From Oscillospiraceae bacterium (GTDB lineage Bacteria; Bacillota; Clostridia; Oscillospirales; Oscillospiraceae), in NCBI GenBank assembly GCA_020025545.1, contig JAHHRX010000005.1:29691-93690 (forward strand): 64,000 bases of DNA. The letters are read 5' to 3'. Positions 18,557 through 28,562 of this stretch are shown here, piece after piece; positions within the stretch are counted from its first letter, which is position 1, and each line of letters starts with the position of its first letter. The translations under genes and the position numbers were made by a program. The notes beneath the pieces were generated by a model, which ran no database searches, was not told where the DNA came from, and worked only from the letters and a program-made list of their open reading frames with translations.

Positions 18557-20464
18557 TTACGGCTCCGAAGAAATATCGTAGGTGTTGTCCCGGAAATTCA
18601 CGGTAACAACGGTTCCGTCGCTGAAAGCCGTGCGCTGGCGCATCCAGTCGCCGTCCAGAAATTCGTGGCGCACCATTTCGCACTTTGCCACCCGCTCCTG
18701 CAATTGCGCCACTATGCGATACCGGGCAATTTCCTCGTCCAGCTGTTTTTCCGCTGCAGGATCGTCAAAAGCCCCGTCGCAGTTGGGATATGCACCGTCC
18801 TTATCAAGATAGGCACCGCCGCCGTTCAGCAGCGCATAGAGCATATAGTCCTCCTGCCCCTCGATCCGATCCATAAGCCACGGCAAAATCAGACAGTCGT
18901 GGTAAACAAGGTTAAACAGCGGCGTGGGGATGCCCTTCCGGGGGCTTCCGGGAGGCTGGAGCATGAAGTCATAGGGGCCATAGTGGGCAAATACCAGACT
19001 CTGCATAGACCAGTCCGTTACCTCCTCGGAGCTGGGAAGGATATTTTTTGACCACAGATACCGGAAGCAGGCGCTTCGGTACTCCAGACACTCCTTTCGG
19101 GTCATCCGGTGCCGGGGATGGCTGCACTCGTCCGCCTCGTTGCAGGTGAACACATCCAGATAAGATGCTTCCAGATGAATTCCGTGGCGCAGAACTTCTT
19201 CAAAATTCCGCTTCACATAGTAAGGGGCCTGTGTGGCACAGAGGTAGCTCTGTCTGCCGCCTGCCCAGCAGGACATTTCAAATACGGAGCCATCCGCCCG
19301 ATGGCAGGCAAATTCCCGGTCAAAGCTGGGAGCATCCCAATAGTAATCCCGGTACTGATCGTGAAGGCCAAGCATATATCCGCAGCTTTCCACGGTGTCA
19401 GACAGTTCCTTCAGTCCTTCCCAGCCGCCGGCCGCTTCACAGGCGGGCAGATAGTCCGGATGCTTGTTGTCATAGCCCGGATCTCCCCAGCCGTCCAGAT
19501 GGAGATAGAGCTTTTCCACGCCCTTATCGCGGTAGTGCCGGATTTCCGCCCCGCGCTGAGCAAAGGGCACCAGACTGTCGTTCTTCTCGGGATGCTCCCC
19601 ATCATAGTACCGGGAACCGGGGGAAACATGGGTTTTGATGCCCTTATGAACGATGGCAGAGCCGATGAGTTTGTCCACAAGGGGATTTCTGGCGGCTTTT
19701 TCCCGCAGAGAGGTAAACAGCCCCGTTTCCTGCACATATTTGCGGTAGACCTTGCAGAGGTCATTATAGTCACAACTGCCGAGAAAAGTATAGCGCATAG
19801 TCCGGCGGTAGGCCATCTTTCCCAGACTGGGAAGCCAGCGGACGGACACATGGGAGTAGGGGCCTGCGGCAGGATGATCCACCTGATAGGCGGCATCCCA
19901 AGGCTGCTGACAGATGGCGATATAGCCCGCACCGGGTCTTACCTGCCCGAACCATGGCATATAGGCGGTGCTGCTGCACATCTGACCGTCAAAGCCCAGC
20001 TTTGTCACTTCCGTTTCCCATGTATTGGGCAGAATCAGCCCCTGCAGGATGTTCAGAACACTGTACCAGCGGTGGCTGGGCTTGTCAAATTCCATATATC
20101 CGGGCCAGTAAACCGCTTTGACCTCCAGCCCCTCATCATTCAGGGGCAGCCACTCAAAATACACATCGCCCGTAGCTTCTTCGATCCAAGCAATCGTCTC
20201 AAAAGCAAAGGCAGCGGCTTTTCCTTCCGGGGCAAAATCCCGGTAGGTGCTGCGGATGCCCACACCCACGCCGGTTTTCCACGGACTGTGGGTAATGGAA
20301 TTCGCCTCGTGAAAACAGATGGTCTGCTCCTCGTTGGTTACGATTTTTCCCTCATAGCCTTCGCCCCACTGCCAGCTTTCGCCCCGGGCGGTGACGGAAA
20401 AGCGCAGGGTATCGGGATCAAAGGCAAGGCTCACGCCGCCGCTTTGCACACACATGGTTTCCAT
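18557..20464 (-). CDS. Glycoside hydrolase, probable GH129 alpha-N-acetylgalactosaminidase (DUF5696-like)
   Basis: 635 aa, no signal peptide. LHLDGWG.PGYDNKHPD, HDQYRDYY, YLDVFT and SSEE motifs recalled from GH129/NagBb-like enzymes. Confidence 0.75.
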   Translation of the reverse strand: METMCVQSGGVSLAFDPDTLRFSVTARGESWQWGEGYEGKIVTNEEQTICFHEANSITHSPWKTGVGVGIRSTYRDFAPEGKAAAFAFETIAWIEEATGDVYFEWLPLNDEGLEVKAVYWPGYMEFDKPSHRWYSVLNILQGLILPNTWETEVTKLGFDGQMCSSTAYMPWFGQVRPGAGYIAICQQPWDAAYQVDHPAAGPYSHVSVRWLPSLGKMAYRRTMRYTFLGSCDYNDLCKVYRKYVQETGLFTSLREKAARNPLVDKLIGSAIVHKGIKTHVSPGSRYYDGEHPEKNDSLVPFAQRGAEIRHYRDKGVEKLYLHLDGWGDPGYDNKHPDYLPACEAAGGWEGLKELSDTVESCGYMLGLHDQYRDYYWDAPSFDREFACHRADGSVFEMSCWAGGRQSYLCATQAPYYVKRNFEEVLRHGIHLEASYLDVFTCNEADECSHPRHRMTRKECLEYRSACFRYLWSKNILPSSEEVTDWSMQSLVFAHYGPYDFMLQPPGSPRKGIPTPLFNLVYHDCLILPWLMDRIEGQEDYMLYALLNGGGAYLDKDGAYPNCDGAFDDPAAEKQLDEEIARYRIVAQLQERVAKCEMVRHEFLDGDWMRQRTAFSDGTVVTVNFRDNTYDISSEP

Positions 20465-20626
20465 CTGGGTTATCTCCTTTATCTCTGGATTTCTCAGCCC
20501 ATACTACCACGGCACGCTCCGTTTGGCAATGGCTTTTCCGCGCTGAAGCTTATTGTCTATATTGCCGCTCATTCCGGCGGAATACTCCATGGGGCGGTAT
20601 TTGTAAATTGTTAATAAAACATTAAT

Positions 20627-20655
20627 TTGACGAATCAGCTCTTTTGGTATATAAT
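20627..20655 (+). promoter_or_regulatory. SigA-type promoter of tagD fusion gene
   Basis: TTGACG-N17-TATAAT. Confidence 0.65.
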
Positions 20656-20725
20656 ACTGTAAAATTATATATTTTCCGCCATCTGGGATATTTCCCGGGG
20701 GCGGGGATTTTTTGAGGTATATGCT

Positions 20726-22096
20726 ATGGTTAAAGTCATCACTTACGGAACTTATGATCTGCTGCATCGGGGTCATATCCGTCTGTTGAAACGAGCCAAG
20801 GCCCTCGGCGATTATCTGATCGTCGGTGTTACAGCAGACGACTTTGACAAGGGGCGCGGCAAAATTAATATTAAACAATCCCTCATGGAGCGTGTGGAGG
20901 CCGTGAAAGCCACCGGAATCGCCGACGAAGTCATTGTTGAGGAATACGAAGGCCAGAAGATTGACGATATCCGCCGTTACGGTGTGGATATTTTTACGGT
21001 CGGTTCCGACTGGAAGGGACATTTTGACTATCTGAATGAGTATTGTCAGGTCGTCTACCTGCCCCGGACAAGGGGCATTTCCAGTTCCGATCTGCGCTCG
21101 GAGGTGCGTAAGGTAAAGCTGGGTCTGGTGGAAGATTCTGTCATCGTGCGCAAATTCCTGAAGGAATGCACCTACGTCAACGGCATTGATGTGGTTGGCA
21201 TCTGCACGCCGGAGTTGGAAAATCTGCACCCCGATTTTAAGGAACTGCCCCTGAAAACCAGCTGCTATGAGGAACTGGTTCAGAACTGCGATGCTCTCTA
21301 TATTGCATCTCAGCCTTCCGAACATTACGAGCAAATCAAATACGCCCTGAATCAAGGCAAGCATGTGATTTGTGAATCCCCCATTGCCATGTCGGCAGAG
21401 GAGTGCGACGAGCTGTTCAAAATTGCCGAGGAGCGCGAGTGTGTGCTGATGGATGCGGTGAAAACCGCCTACGCTACCGCCTACACCCGGCTGATGGTCA
21501 TTCTCAAGAGCGGCATCATCGGAAAGATCGTATCCGTGGATGCCACCTGCACCAGTATGCAGGGCTTTAACCCCGCCCAAAAAAACAACAAGAGGAAATG
21601 GAACAGCATCAGCGCATGGGGCCCCGCCGCCATGCTTCCCATTTTCCAGCTTTTGGGTACCAATTATATTGACAAGCGGATTGTTTCCCTGCTGGCAGAT
21701 GATCAAGGCTCCTTTGACCTGTTCACTAAAATTGATTTTCTCTACAAGGGTGCCGTAGCTTCCATGAAGGTAGCCAGAGGCGCGAAATCCGAGGGAGAAT
21801 TGGTGGTCACCGGCATGAAGGGCTATGCCTATGTGCCTGCGCCATGGTGGAAAACCGACTATTTTGAGATTCGATACGAAAATTCCGCAGATAACAAGCG
21901 GTATTTCTATCAGCTGAACGGCGAGGGCATCCGCTACGAAATTGTGGACTTCCTGAAAGCCATCGAGTGTGAATACACTCTGGGCAGCGTTTCCCATGAA
22001 GAATCCAAGGAAATCTGCCGGGTCATTTCCGATTTTTACGCCCGAAGAAATTTCTTCAGTCTGGATGGAAAGGAACGCTATTTGACGGATAAGTAA
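20726..22096 (+). CDS. Glycerol-3-phosphate cytidylyltransferase (TagD-like) fused to Gfo/Idh/MocA-like domain
   Basis: TYGTYDLLHRGH, VGSDW and RTRGISSS in the N-terminal part; ALNQGKHVICESP in the C-terminal part. Confidence 0.85.
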   Translation: MVKVITYGTYDLLHRGHIRLLKRAKALGDYLIVGVTADDFDKGRGKINIKQSLMERVEAVKATGIADEVIVEEYEGQKIDDIRRYGVDIFTVGSDWKGHFDYLNEYCQVVYLPRTRGISSSDLRSEVRKVKLGLVEDSVIVRKFLKECTYVNGIDVVGICTPELENLHPDFKELPLKTSCYEELVQNCDALYIASQPSEHYEQIKYALNQGKHVICESPIAMSAEECDELFKIAEERECVLMDAVKTAYATAYTRLMVILKSGIIGKIVSVDATCTSMQGFNPAQKNNKRKWNSISAWGPAAMLPIFQLLGTNYIDKRIVSLLADDQGSFDLFTKIDFLYKGAVASMKVARGAKSEGELVVTGMKGYAYVPAPWWKTDYFEIRYENSADNKRYFYQLNGEGIRYEIVDFLKAIECEYTLGSVSHEESKEICRVISDFYARRNFFSLDGKERYLTDK

Positions 22097-22133
22097 AAAT
22101 GAGCGTGGAAGAAACCTTCCACGCTCATTTTTT
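22095..22133. terminator. Bidirectional terminator
   Basis: AAAAATGAGCGTGGAAG-aaac-CTTCCACGCTCATTTTT perfect stem between convergent genes. Confidence 0.85.
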
Positions 22134-22134
22134 C

Positions 22135-22809
22135 TTAAAGTTCTTCCAGATACACGACACCGTCAATCGTACGGATGCGGTCCAGAAGAGCCTGATGGTT
22201 CATATGCTTCTTGGCCTGAAATGTGGCCACCATGCCGCGAACCCCCTGATCCAGCGCATTGTCATGCTCCAGCTGGATGTTTCCGATCTCCAGATTCATC
22301 TCCCGGAGCTTCCGGGTGAATGTACCGATGCTGACATCTTTGGAAAGCTCCAAATAGATTTCTGCCGCCTTGGTGTTGCGCCGCAGCTTATCATCCCAGC
22401 GCTGTAATACCGTGAGAATCATAAATATAGACAAACCGGCAAACAGTGCCGCCTCATAAAAACCGATACCGAGCGCCAGACCCACACCTGCCGCAGACCA
22501 CAGACCTGCCGCTGTGGTCAGGCCTTTGATCTGGTTGTGGCGCGTTACGATGATGGTGCCTGCGCCCAGAAAACCGATACCGCTGACTACCTGTGCCCCC
22601 AACCGGGTGGGATCGCCATTGCCGGTTATCTGGGTAATGTACTGGTTGGTCATCATAATAAGGCATGAGCCCACACACACCAGCATATAAGTCCGAAGGC
22701 CGGCCGGACGATTCTTCATACCCCGTTCCATTCCGATAATACCGCCGACGACAATCGCCAGCACAATCCGTACCAAAACAGAAATATAGGTAAGTTCCCG
22801 CAATTCCAT
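22135..22809 (-). CDS. MgtC/SapB family membrane protein
   Basis: GMER..K.RPAGLRT, RLGAQVVSGIGFLGAG and GLTTAA motifs. Confidence 0.92.
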   Translation of the reverse strand: MELRELTYISVLVRIVLAIVVGGIIGMERGMKNRPAGLRTYMLVCVGSCLIMMTNQYITQITGNGDPTRLGAQVVSGIGFLGAGTIIVTRHNQIKGLTTAAGLWSAAGVGLALGIGFYEAALFAGLSIFMILTVLQRWDDKLRRNTKAAEIYLELSKDVSIGTFTRKLREMNLEIGNIQLEHDNALDQGVRGMVATFQAKKHMNHQALLDRIRTIDGVVYLEEL

Positions 22810-22920
22810 AATATGCCTCCGTCCTTTTCTCATAATGGGTAACTATTATAGCAGAAGGCAGGTATTGTTTCAACTGGTAAAAAAGTAAAGAAATACGCGT
22901 ATGTTTTGTTCTATCTATAC

Positions 22921-22951
22921 AAAAAATCTCCCCAGCCGGGGAGATTTTTTT
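22921..22951 (-). terminator. Terminator after mnmG
   Basis: AAAAAATCTCCCC-agcc-GGGGAGATTTTTT. Confidence 0.8.
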
Positions 22952-24824
22952 ATTCTTTGTTCTGTTCCAGATAAATAAGCAGCACCGCAATGTCCGCAGG
23001 GCTGACACCGGAAATTCTTCCCGCCTGCCCGATAGATACGGGACGGATTTCCGATAGTTTCTGTCGTGCCTCAATCCGCAGGCCGGCAATGCTCATATAG
23101 TCCAGATCCGGCGGAAGACTGCGGGATTCTTCTTTTTTGAATTCCTCCACCTGCTTCTGCTGACGCTCCAGATAGCCCGCGTATTTAATCTGGATCTGCA
23201 CTTCCTCTGTAACCGTCTGGGGCAGTGCCGGACGGTTGGGGTCAAAGGGTGCAATATCCCCATAGGTCACCTGCGGGCGGCGCAGAAGATCCGCAAGCCT
23301 TGCGGAATTGGTTACGGGAGCAGAATCCCGGCTCTTCAGCATTTGGTTCAAGGCCTCGCTCCCGGGAACGCCGGTGCTTTCCAGCCGCCGCACCTCCCGC
23401 CGGACGGATTCGTATTTTTCTTCCACCGCACGGAGCCGCTCCTGAGGAACCAGTCCCACGGCAGCACCGATATGGGTGAGCCGCTGATCTGCGTTGTCCT
23501 GCCGATGGAGCAGGCGGTATTCCGAGCGGCTGGTCATGATCCGATAGGGCTCCTGCGTGCCCTTTGTCACCAGATCGTCAATGAGGGTGCCGATGTAGCT
23601 GGTATCACGGGTCAGAATCAGGGGCTGCCGTCCCTCCAGCTTAAGGGCGGCATTGATGCCCGCAATCAGCCCCTGCACCGCCGCTTCCTCGTAGCCGGAA
23701 GTGCCGTTGAACTGGCCGGCGCCGTAAAGCCCTGCCACGGCCTTGGTTTCCAGGGTGGGCAGCAGTGCCGTGGGATCGATGCACTCGTATTCGATGGCAT
23801 AGGCCGGGCGCATCATTTCGGCGTGTTCCAGACCGGGGACTGTGTGCATCATCTCCAGCTGCACATCCTCCGGCAGGGAGCTGGAAAATCCCTGAATATA
23901 CATTTCCTCGGTGTCGAGGCCGCAGGGCTCGATAAACAGCTGATGCCGGGGCTTATCCGCAAAGCGGACAATTTTCGTTTCGATACTGGGGCAGTAACGG
24001 GGGCCCACGCCGGAAATGGTTCCGTCGTACATGGGGCTTCTGTGGAGATTATTGCGGATGATCTCATGGGTCTTCTCGTTAGTGTAGGTCAGGTAACACA
24101 CGGCGCTGTTGTTGAGTTTATGCTCCGTGCGGAAAGAAAACGGCTCTGCCGTATCGTCTCCCGGCTGCAATTCCATGTGGGAAAAATCGATGCTCCGGCG
24201 GTTGACCCGAGGCGGTGTACCTGTTTTGAAGCGCCGCAGAGGCAGTCCCAGCTCCCGCAGATTATCCGCAAGACCGATGCTGGGGTGCATTCCGTCAGGG
24301 CCGGAGGAAAGCACCGATTCACCGGTGATCACCGTGCTGTCAAGGTATGTGCCGGTGGCAATCACCACCGCTTTGGCACCGTATTCCGCTCCCAGCTGGG
24401 TACGGACACCGCAAACAGCGCCGTTTTCCGTCAGGATGTGTGTGATCTGCGCCTGCTTGAGCTGCAGATTCTCCTGCAATTCCAGCGTGTGCTTCATCAC
24501 CTGCTGATAAAGCCTGCGGTCTGCCTGGGCACGGAGAGAATGAACCGCAGGGCCTTTGCCCCGGTTCAGCATCCGATACTGGATGCAGGCCTTGTCTGCC
24601 GCAACACCCATTTCACCGCCCAGCGCATCCAGTTCCCGGACAAGGTGGCCCTTGCCCGTGCCGCCGATGGCGGGATTGCAGGGCATATTGCCCACGGCAT
24701 CCAGATTGATGGTAAAGAGAATGGTGCTGTGGCCCAGCCGTGCGGCAGCCAGCGCAGCTTCGATGCCTGCGTGTCCGGCACCGATGACCACTACCTCCGT
24801 ATCTCCTGCATGGTAGGCATTCAT
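22950..24824 (-). CDS. mnmG: tRNA uridine-5-carboxymethylaminomethyl modification enzyme
   Basis: [31 protein letters not shown] and [13 protein letters not shown] motifs. Confidence 0.97.
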   Translation of the reverse strand: MNAYHAGDTEVVVIGAGHAGIEAALAAARLGHSTILFTINLDAVGNMPCNPAIGGTGKGHLVRELDALGGEMGVAADKACIQYRMLNRGKGPAVHSLRAQADRRLYQQVMKHTLELQENLQLKQAQITHILTENGAVCGVRTQLGAEYGAKAVVIATGTYLDSTVITGESVLSSGPDGMHPSIGLADNLRELGLPLRRFKTGTPPRVNRRSIDFSHMELQPGDDTAEPFSFRTEHKLNNSAVCYLTYTNEKTHEIIRNNLHRSPMYDGTISGVGPRYCPSIETKIVRFADKPRHQLFIEPCGLDTEEMYIQGFSSSLPEDVQLEMMHTVPGLEHAEMMRPAYAIEYECIDPTALLPTLETKAVAGLYGAGQFNGTSGYEEAAVQGLIAGINAALKLEGRQPLILTRDTSYIGTLIDDLVTKGTQEPYRIMTSRSEYRLLHRQDNADQRLTHIGAAVGLVPQERLRAVEEKYESVRREVRRLESTGVPGSEALNQMLKSRDSAPVTNSARLADLLRRPQVTYGDIAPFDPNRPALPQTVTEEVQIQIKYAGYLERQQKQVEEFKKEESRSLPPDLDYMSIAGLRIEARQKLSEIRPVSIGQAGRISGVSPADIAVLLIYLEQNKE

Positions 24825-25480
24825 GCCTGTACCTCCTCATAAATGGGATGGCAGACGATCTCGCAGCGGTTGATGGGGGTTCCCATCGCGTGGAACTTCT
24901 CCTCATATCCCGTCATAATGCCCACGATGCCGTTGGCATGAAGATCCCGGGTAAGATTCTTGACCGCAAGCCCCACCAGCTCGATTTCCTCCAGAGAGGA
25001 TTCAAAAAGCTTTGCATTGTCGGTCTTAAAGTGGATCTCTCCGCCGTCCCGAATGACCCGGCTGTACATCCGCAGGAAGGTTCTGTAGGTCAGGCGCCGC
25101 TTGGCGTTCTTGCTCCGGGGCCAGGGGTCAGGGAAGTTGATGAAGAGCCGGTCGATTTCGCCGAAGGCGAAGCACCCTTCCATCAGCGCCACATCCATAT
25201 CCACAAAGAAAACATTCTTAAGTCCCATATTCTTTGCCTTTTCCATGGCCATCACCATCGCTTCCCGGCACCGCTCAATGGCAATGAGCAGAACTTCCGG
25301 GTTGGCGGCAGCGGTTTCCACGGTAAATTTTCCCTTGCCGCAGCCTACCTCCACCCAAAGTTCCCGGCACTCGGGCATCAGGCTCCGCCAGCTGCCCTTC
25401 ATGGCGGCGGCATCCGCTACCTGCCACCGGGCGCAGGCCTCCATCCGGGGCTCCAAATTGGCTTTTCTTCTCATTCTCAT
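24821..25480 (-). CDS. trmB: tRNA (guanine-N7)-methyltransferase
   Basis: [28 protein letters not shown] and T.YEEKF motifs. Confidence 0.95.
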   Translation of the reverse strand: MRMRRKANLEPRMEACARWQVADAAAMKGSWRSLMPECRELWVEVGCGKGKFTVETAAANPEVLLIAIERCREAMVMAMEKAKNMGLKNVFFVDMDVALMEGCFAFGEIDRLFINFPDPWPRSKNAKRRLTYRTFLRMYSRVIRDGGEIHFKTDNAKLFESSLEEIELVGLAVKNLTRDLHANGIVGIMTGYEEKFHAMGTPINRCEIVCHPIYEEVQA

Positions 25481-25673
25481 ATCAGAAATCCTCCGTCAAA
25501 GAGTAAAATTAGTCTTTTATCCAATTGAGTATTATATCAGATTCTACCGAAACAGTCAAAACATTTTCCCCGCATATCCCCCGGGTGGGCTTGCGTTTTT
25601 TGGGCTTTTGCGGTACAATATGGAAAAACAGCAGGATATTTCTGCGTCCGATGATAAAAAGGAGGCGAAGGCC

Positions 25674-26009
25674 TTGGAAGATAAACACGACCATGCCTAT
25701 ATGCATGCCCACGGCATTGCCCACGAACACGGTCACGACCACGGTCATGTCCATGAAAATCAGAAAGCGGTCATCAACCGGCTGGCTCGTGCCATCGGTC
25801 ATCTGGAAAAGGTGAAACGGATGGTAGAGGAGGGGGAGGACTGCTCGGATGTGCTGATTCAGCTGGCGGCGGTACGCTCTGCGCTGGATAACACCGGCAA
25901 GGTGATCCTGCAGGATCATATGCGCCACTGCGTGGTGGATGCGGTAAGTGTCGGCGATACCGAGGCCATCGAGAATCTCTGTCAGGCCATCAACAAATTC
26001 ATCAAATAA
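25674..26009 (+). CDS. CsoR/RcnR-family metal-sensing repressor with His-rich N-terminus
   Basis: NRLARAIGHL, C..VLIQLAAVRSAL and HMRHC motifs; AAGGAGG RBS before TTG 25674. Confidence 0.88.
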   Translation: MEDKHDHAYMHAHGIAHEHGHDHGHVHENQKAVINRLARAIGHLEKVKRMVEEGEDCSDVLIQLAAVRSALDNTGKVILQDHMRHCVVDAVSVGDTEAIENLCQAINKFIK

Positions 26010-26042
26010 AAAACTCCGGGTGCACACGCATCCGGAGTTTTT
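26008..26042 (+). terminator. Terminator after CsoR/RcnR gene
   Basis: AAACTCCGGGTGC...GCATCCGGAGTTTTT. Confidence 0.75.
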
Positions 26043-26102
26043 CGGTCTATCTGTCCCCTCCTGCGCATAGGCTGTACCACCTAAAGTTCGGAGGGATGGA
26101 AA

Positions 26103-27248
26103 GTGAAGAAAATCTGTATTTTGCTGGCCTTCTGTCTGCTGCTATCCATGCTCTGCCTGCCGGTGCAGGGAGCACAGCCGGATACGGCCGGAAAAAGCGC
26201 CCTGCTGATGGACATGACCACCGGGAAAGTGCTTTATGAAAAAAACTCACACGAAAAGCTGGCACCTGCCAGCGTCACCAAGGTAATGACCATGCTCCTT
26301 ATTATGGAAGCGATCGACTCCGGAAAGATCAGCTGGAACGATACCGTCACCGTTTCCGAGGCCGCCGCCGCAAAGGGGGGCAGTCAGATCTATCTCAAGG
26401 TCGGGGAGACCATGCCCGTTACCGATATGCTGAAATCCATTGCCGTTTCCTCTGCCAATGACTGCGCCTGCGCCATGGCAGAGCATATCGCCGGCAGCGA
26501 GGATGCCTTTGTGGAGGCCATGAATCGCCGGGCTGAGGAATTGGGCATGAAAGACACCCATTTTGTCAACTGCACGGGACTGGACGACGGAGAAAATGCC
26601 AAGGAGCATCTCACCAGTGCCTATGATATCGCTCTCATGTCTCGGGAGCTGATGAAAAATCACCCGGATATAATGAAATTCACCACCATTTGGATGGATA
26701 GCGTCCGGGGCGGTGCATTCGGACTTGCCAACACCAACAAGCTCATCCGCTTTTACCCCGGGGCAACGGGGCTCAAAACCGGTTTCACCTCCGCCGCGGG
26801 CTACTGCCTGTCCGCTACCGCACAGCGGGAGGGGCTGTCGCTCATCGCCGTGGTCATGGGGGCCGCAACCTCTCAGGAACGGTTTGCCGCCTGTAAGTCC
26901 ATGCTGGACTTTGGCTTTGCAAACTATGCGCTCGTCACCCCGGAAATGCCCCAATCCACCGCTGTACCCGTAAAGCTGGGGCATGAAAAAGCCGTTACCG
27001 CCCTTCCGGCAGAGGAAAGTGCCCTGCTCATCGACAAGTCCCAGCGCCAGAGCGTTACCACCCATGTGGAGCTGGAAGAAACCGTCACCGCTCCCGTGAG
27101 CAAGGGGCAGAAGCTGGGAACCCTCACCATAAAAGCCGGCGAGCAGGTTCTGGCGCAGATTCCCATGGTGGCTCAGGAGAGCGTGGAACGGCTGGGATTT
27201 TGGGAGCTTTTCCGGCAGATCCTCGGCAGAATTGCCATGTGCGGCTGA
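26103..27248 (+). CDS. D-alanyl-D-alanine carboxypeptidase (peptidase S11, DacF-like)
   Basis: Signal peptide, SVTK, SAN and KTG motifs, PBP5 C-terminal domain. Confidence 0.92.
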   Translation: MKKICILLAFCLLLSMLCLPVQGAQPDTAGKSALLMDMTTGKVLYEKNSHEKLAPASVTKVMTMLLIMEAIDSGKISWNDTVTVSEAAAAKGGSQIYLKVGETMPVTDMLKSIAVSSANDCACAMAEHIAGSEDAFVEAMNRRAEELGMKDTHFVNCTGLDDGENAKEHLTSAYDIALMSRELMKNHPDIMKFTTIWMDSVRGGAFGLANTNKLIRFYPGATGLKTGFTSAAGYCLSATAQREGLSLIAVVMGAATSQERFAACKSMLDFGFANYALVTPEMPQSTAVPVKLGHEKAVTALPAEESALLIDKSQRQSVTTHVELEETVTAPVSKGQKLGTLTIKAGEQVLAQIPMVAQESVERLGFWELFRQILGRIAMCG

Positions 27249-27331
27249 ATATATTCCGCCGGAGGCGAGCTGTGCCCCCACAGCAAAAAAACACCCCCGG
27301 GGCATAATACCTCGGGAGTGTCTGTGTTACA

Positions 27332-27568
27332 TTAGTCAGCAACGTAGGGCAGCAGAGCGATCTGACGGGCGCGCTTAATGGCGACGGTCAGGTCACGCTG
27401 GTGAGCTGCGCAGGTACCGGTGGTACGGCGGGGCAGGATCTTGCCGCGCTCGGACAGGTAACGGCGGAGCTTTGCAGTGTCCTTATAATCAATGCTGGTC
27501 ACTTTATCCACGCAAAATGCGCAAACCTTTCTACGCTTGCGGGGACGCATACGCTGTTCATTAGCCAT
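27332..27568 (-). CDS. rpsR: 30S ribosomal protein S18
   Basis: [19 protein letters not shown] and AIKRAR motifs. Confidence 0.98.
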   Translation of the reverse strand: MANEQRMRPRKRRKVCAFCVDKVTSIDYKDTAKLRRYLSERGKILPRRTTGTCAAHQRDLTVAIKRARQIALLPYVAD

Positions 27569-27609
27569 GAAGATTACCTCCTTCGTAAGAATGTGAAAAA
27601 ATTCAAATT

Positions 27610-28098
27610 TTAGAAGGGCAGCTGGGCGTCATCGTCCTCCAGCATCGCAAAATCGGATGCGGGAGCACTGGCGGGAGCGGAATATCCGCCGAAGCCAGAA
27701 GCAGCGGGAGCGGGAGCGCTATAGCTGTTGTTTCCGCCGTAGGCGTTGCCGCCATAGCTGGAATTGCCGCTGTCACGCTTGCTTTCGCCAAAGTAGACAT
27801 TATCTGCCACAACTTCGGCGCTGCGGCGCTTGTTGCCTTCCTTGTCGGTCCAGCCTCTGATCTGAAGCCGACCGGAAACCACGATCATTGAGCCCTTGGT
27901 GAAATACTTGGAGACAAATTCTCCGGTCTGACGCCAAGCAACGCAGTCAATGAAGTCAGTTTCACGCTCGCCGCCGTCTCTGCCGCCGAAATCACGGTCA
28001 ACAGCTACGGTAAAGCTGGCAACGGCAATGCCGCTGCCGGTACGGCGAAGCTCGGGATCACGGGTCAGGCGACCCATGATGGTAATGTGGTTGAGCAT
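27610..28098 (-). CDS. ssb: Single-stranded DNA-binding protein
   Basis: [10 protein letters not shown] and acidic C-terminal DDDAQLPF tail. Confidence 0.98.
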   Translation of the reverse strand: MLNHITIMGRLTRDPELRRTGSGIAVASFTVAVDRDFGGRDGGERETDFIDCVAWRQTGEFVSKYFTKGSMIVVSGRLQIRGWTDKEGNKRRSAEVVADNVYFGESKRDSGNSSYGGNAYGGNNSYSAPAPAASGFGGYSAPASAPASDFAMLEDDDAQLPF

Positions 28099-28110
28099 TT
28101 TTATGCCTCC

Positions 28111-28407
28111 TTATTCTGCCACGACGGTAGTCAGGCAGCGCAGGACGCCTTCGGTGATCTTCATCACACGCTCCAGCTCAGCGGGGAACTCGGGCTTGGA
28201 CTCAAAGTTCATCAGAACGTAGTATCCCTCGGGCAGATCGTTGATGGGGTATGCCAGACGACGCTTGCCCCACTCATCGATGTTAGTCAGAGTACCCTCC
28301 GCTTCCACCATTGCCTTGAACTTTTCCACAAGTGCAGCGATGCCCTCTTCGCCCTGAGCAGGGTCGATGATGTAGAGCACCTCGTACTTACCGGTGATCT
28401 TAGCCAT
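28111..28407 (-). CDS. rpsF: 30S ribosomal protein S6
   Basis: KYEVLYII, WGKRRLAYPI and GYYVL motifs; rpsF-ssb-rpsR order. Confidence 0.97.
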   Translation of the reverse strand: MAKITGKYEVLYIIDPAQGEEGIAALVEKFKAMVEAEGTLTNIDEWGKRRLAYPINDLPEGYYVLMNFESKPEFPAELERVMKITEGVLRCLTTVVAE

Positions 28408-28470
28408 GTTGTTTGCACCTCCTTTTGGACTTTTGGCCCCCGGACGCACCGGGAGCAAGGATGTCCGCAT
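28408..28470 (-). promoter_or_regulatory. S6:S18 ribosomal protein leader
   Basis: Minus strand CCTTGCTCCCGG...CCGGGGGCCAAAAGTCCAAAAGGAGGTGCAAAC; resembles the Firmicutes rpsF leader as recalled for B. subtilis. Confidence 0.75.
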
Positions 28471-28562
28471 TCGCAGACCTAGCCATTGTACTTGATAAAC
28501 GCAAGTTTGTCAAGAATATTTCCTGAAAAAGTTTCAATTTTTCCTGATTCTTCTGTTTTGGC

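Noticed and set aside
17064..18701. Diversity-generating retroelement (template repeat / variable repeat at a gene 3' end)
   Set aside because: The ~10 mismatches are not adenine-specific on either strand (mostly C/T transitions in both directions on the coding strand), and there is no reverse transcriptase in the window.
25101..25673. 302-aa extended version of the CsoR/RcnR ORF
   Set aside because: The extension overlaps trmB on the opposite strand and the promoter region. A strong RBS supports the TTG start at 25674.
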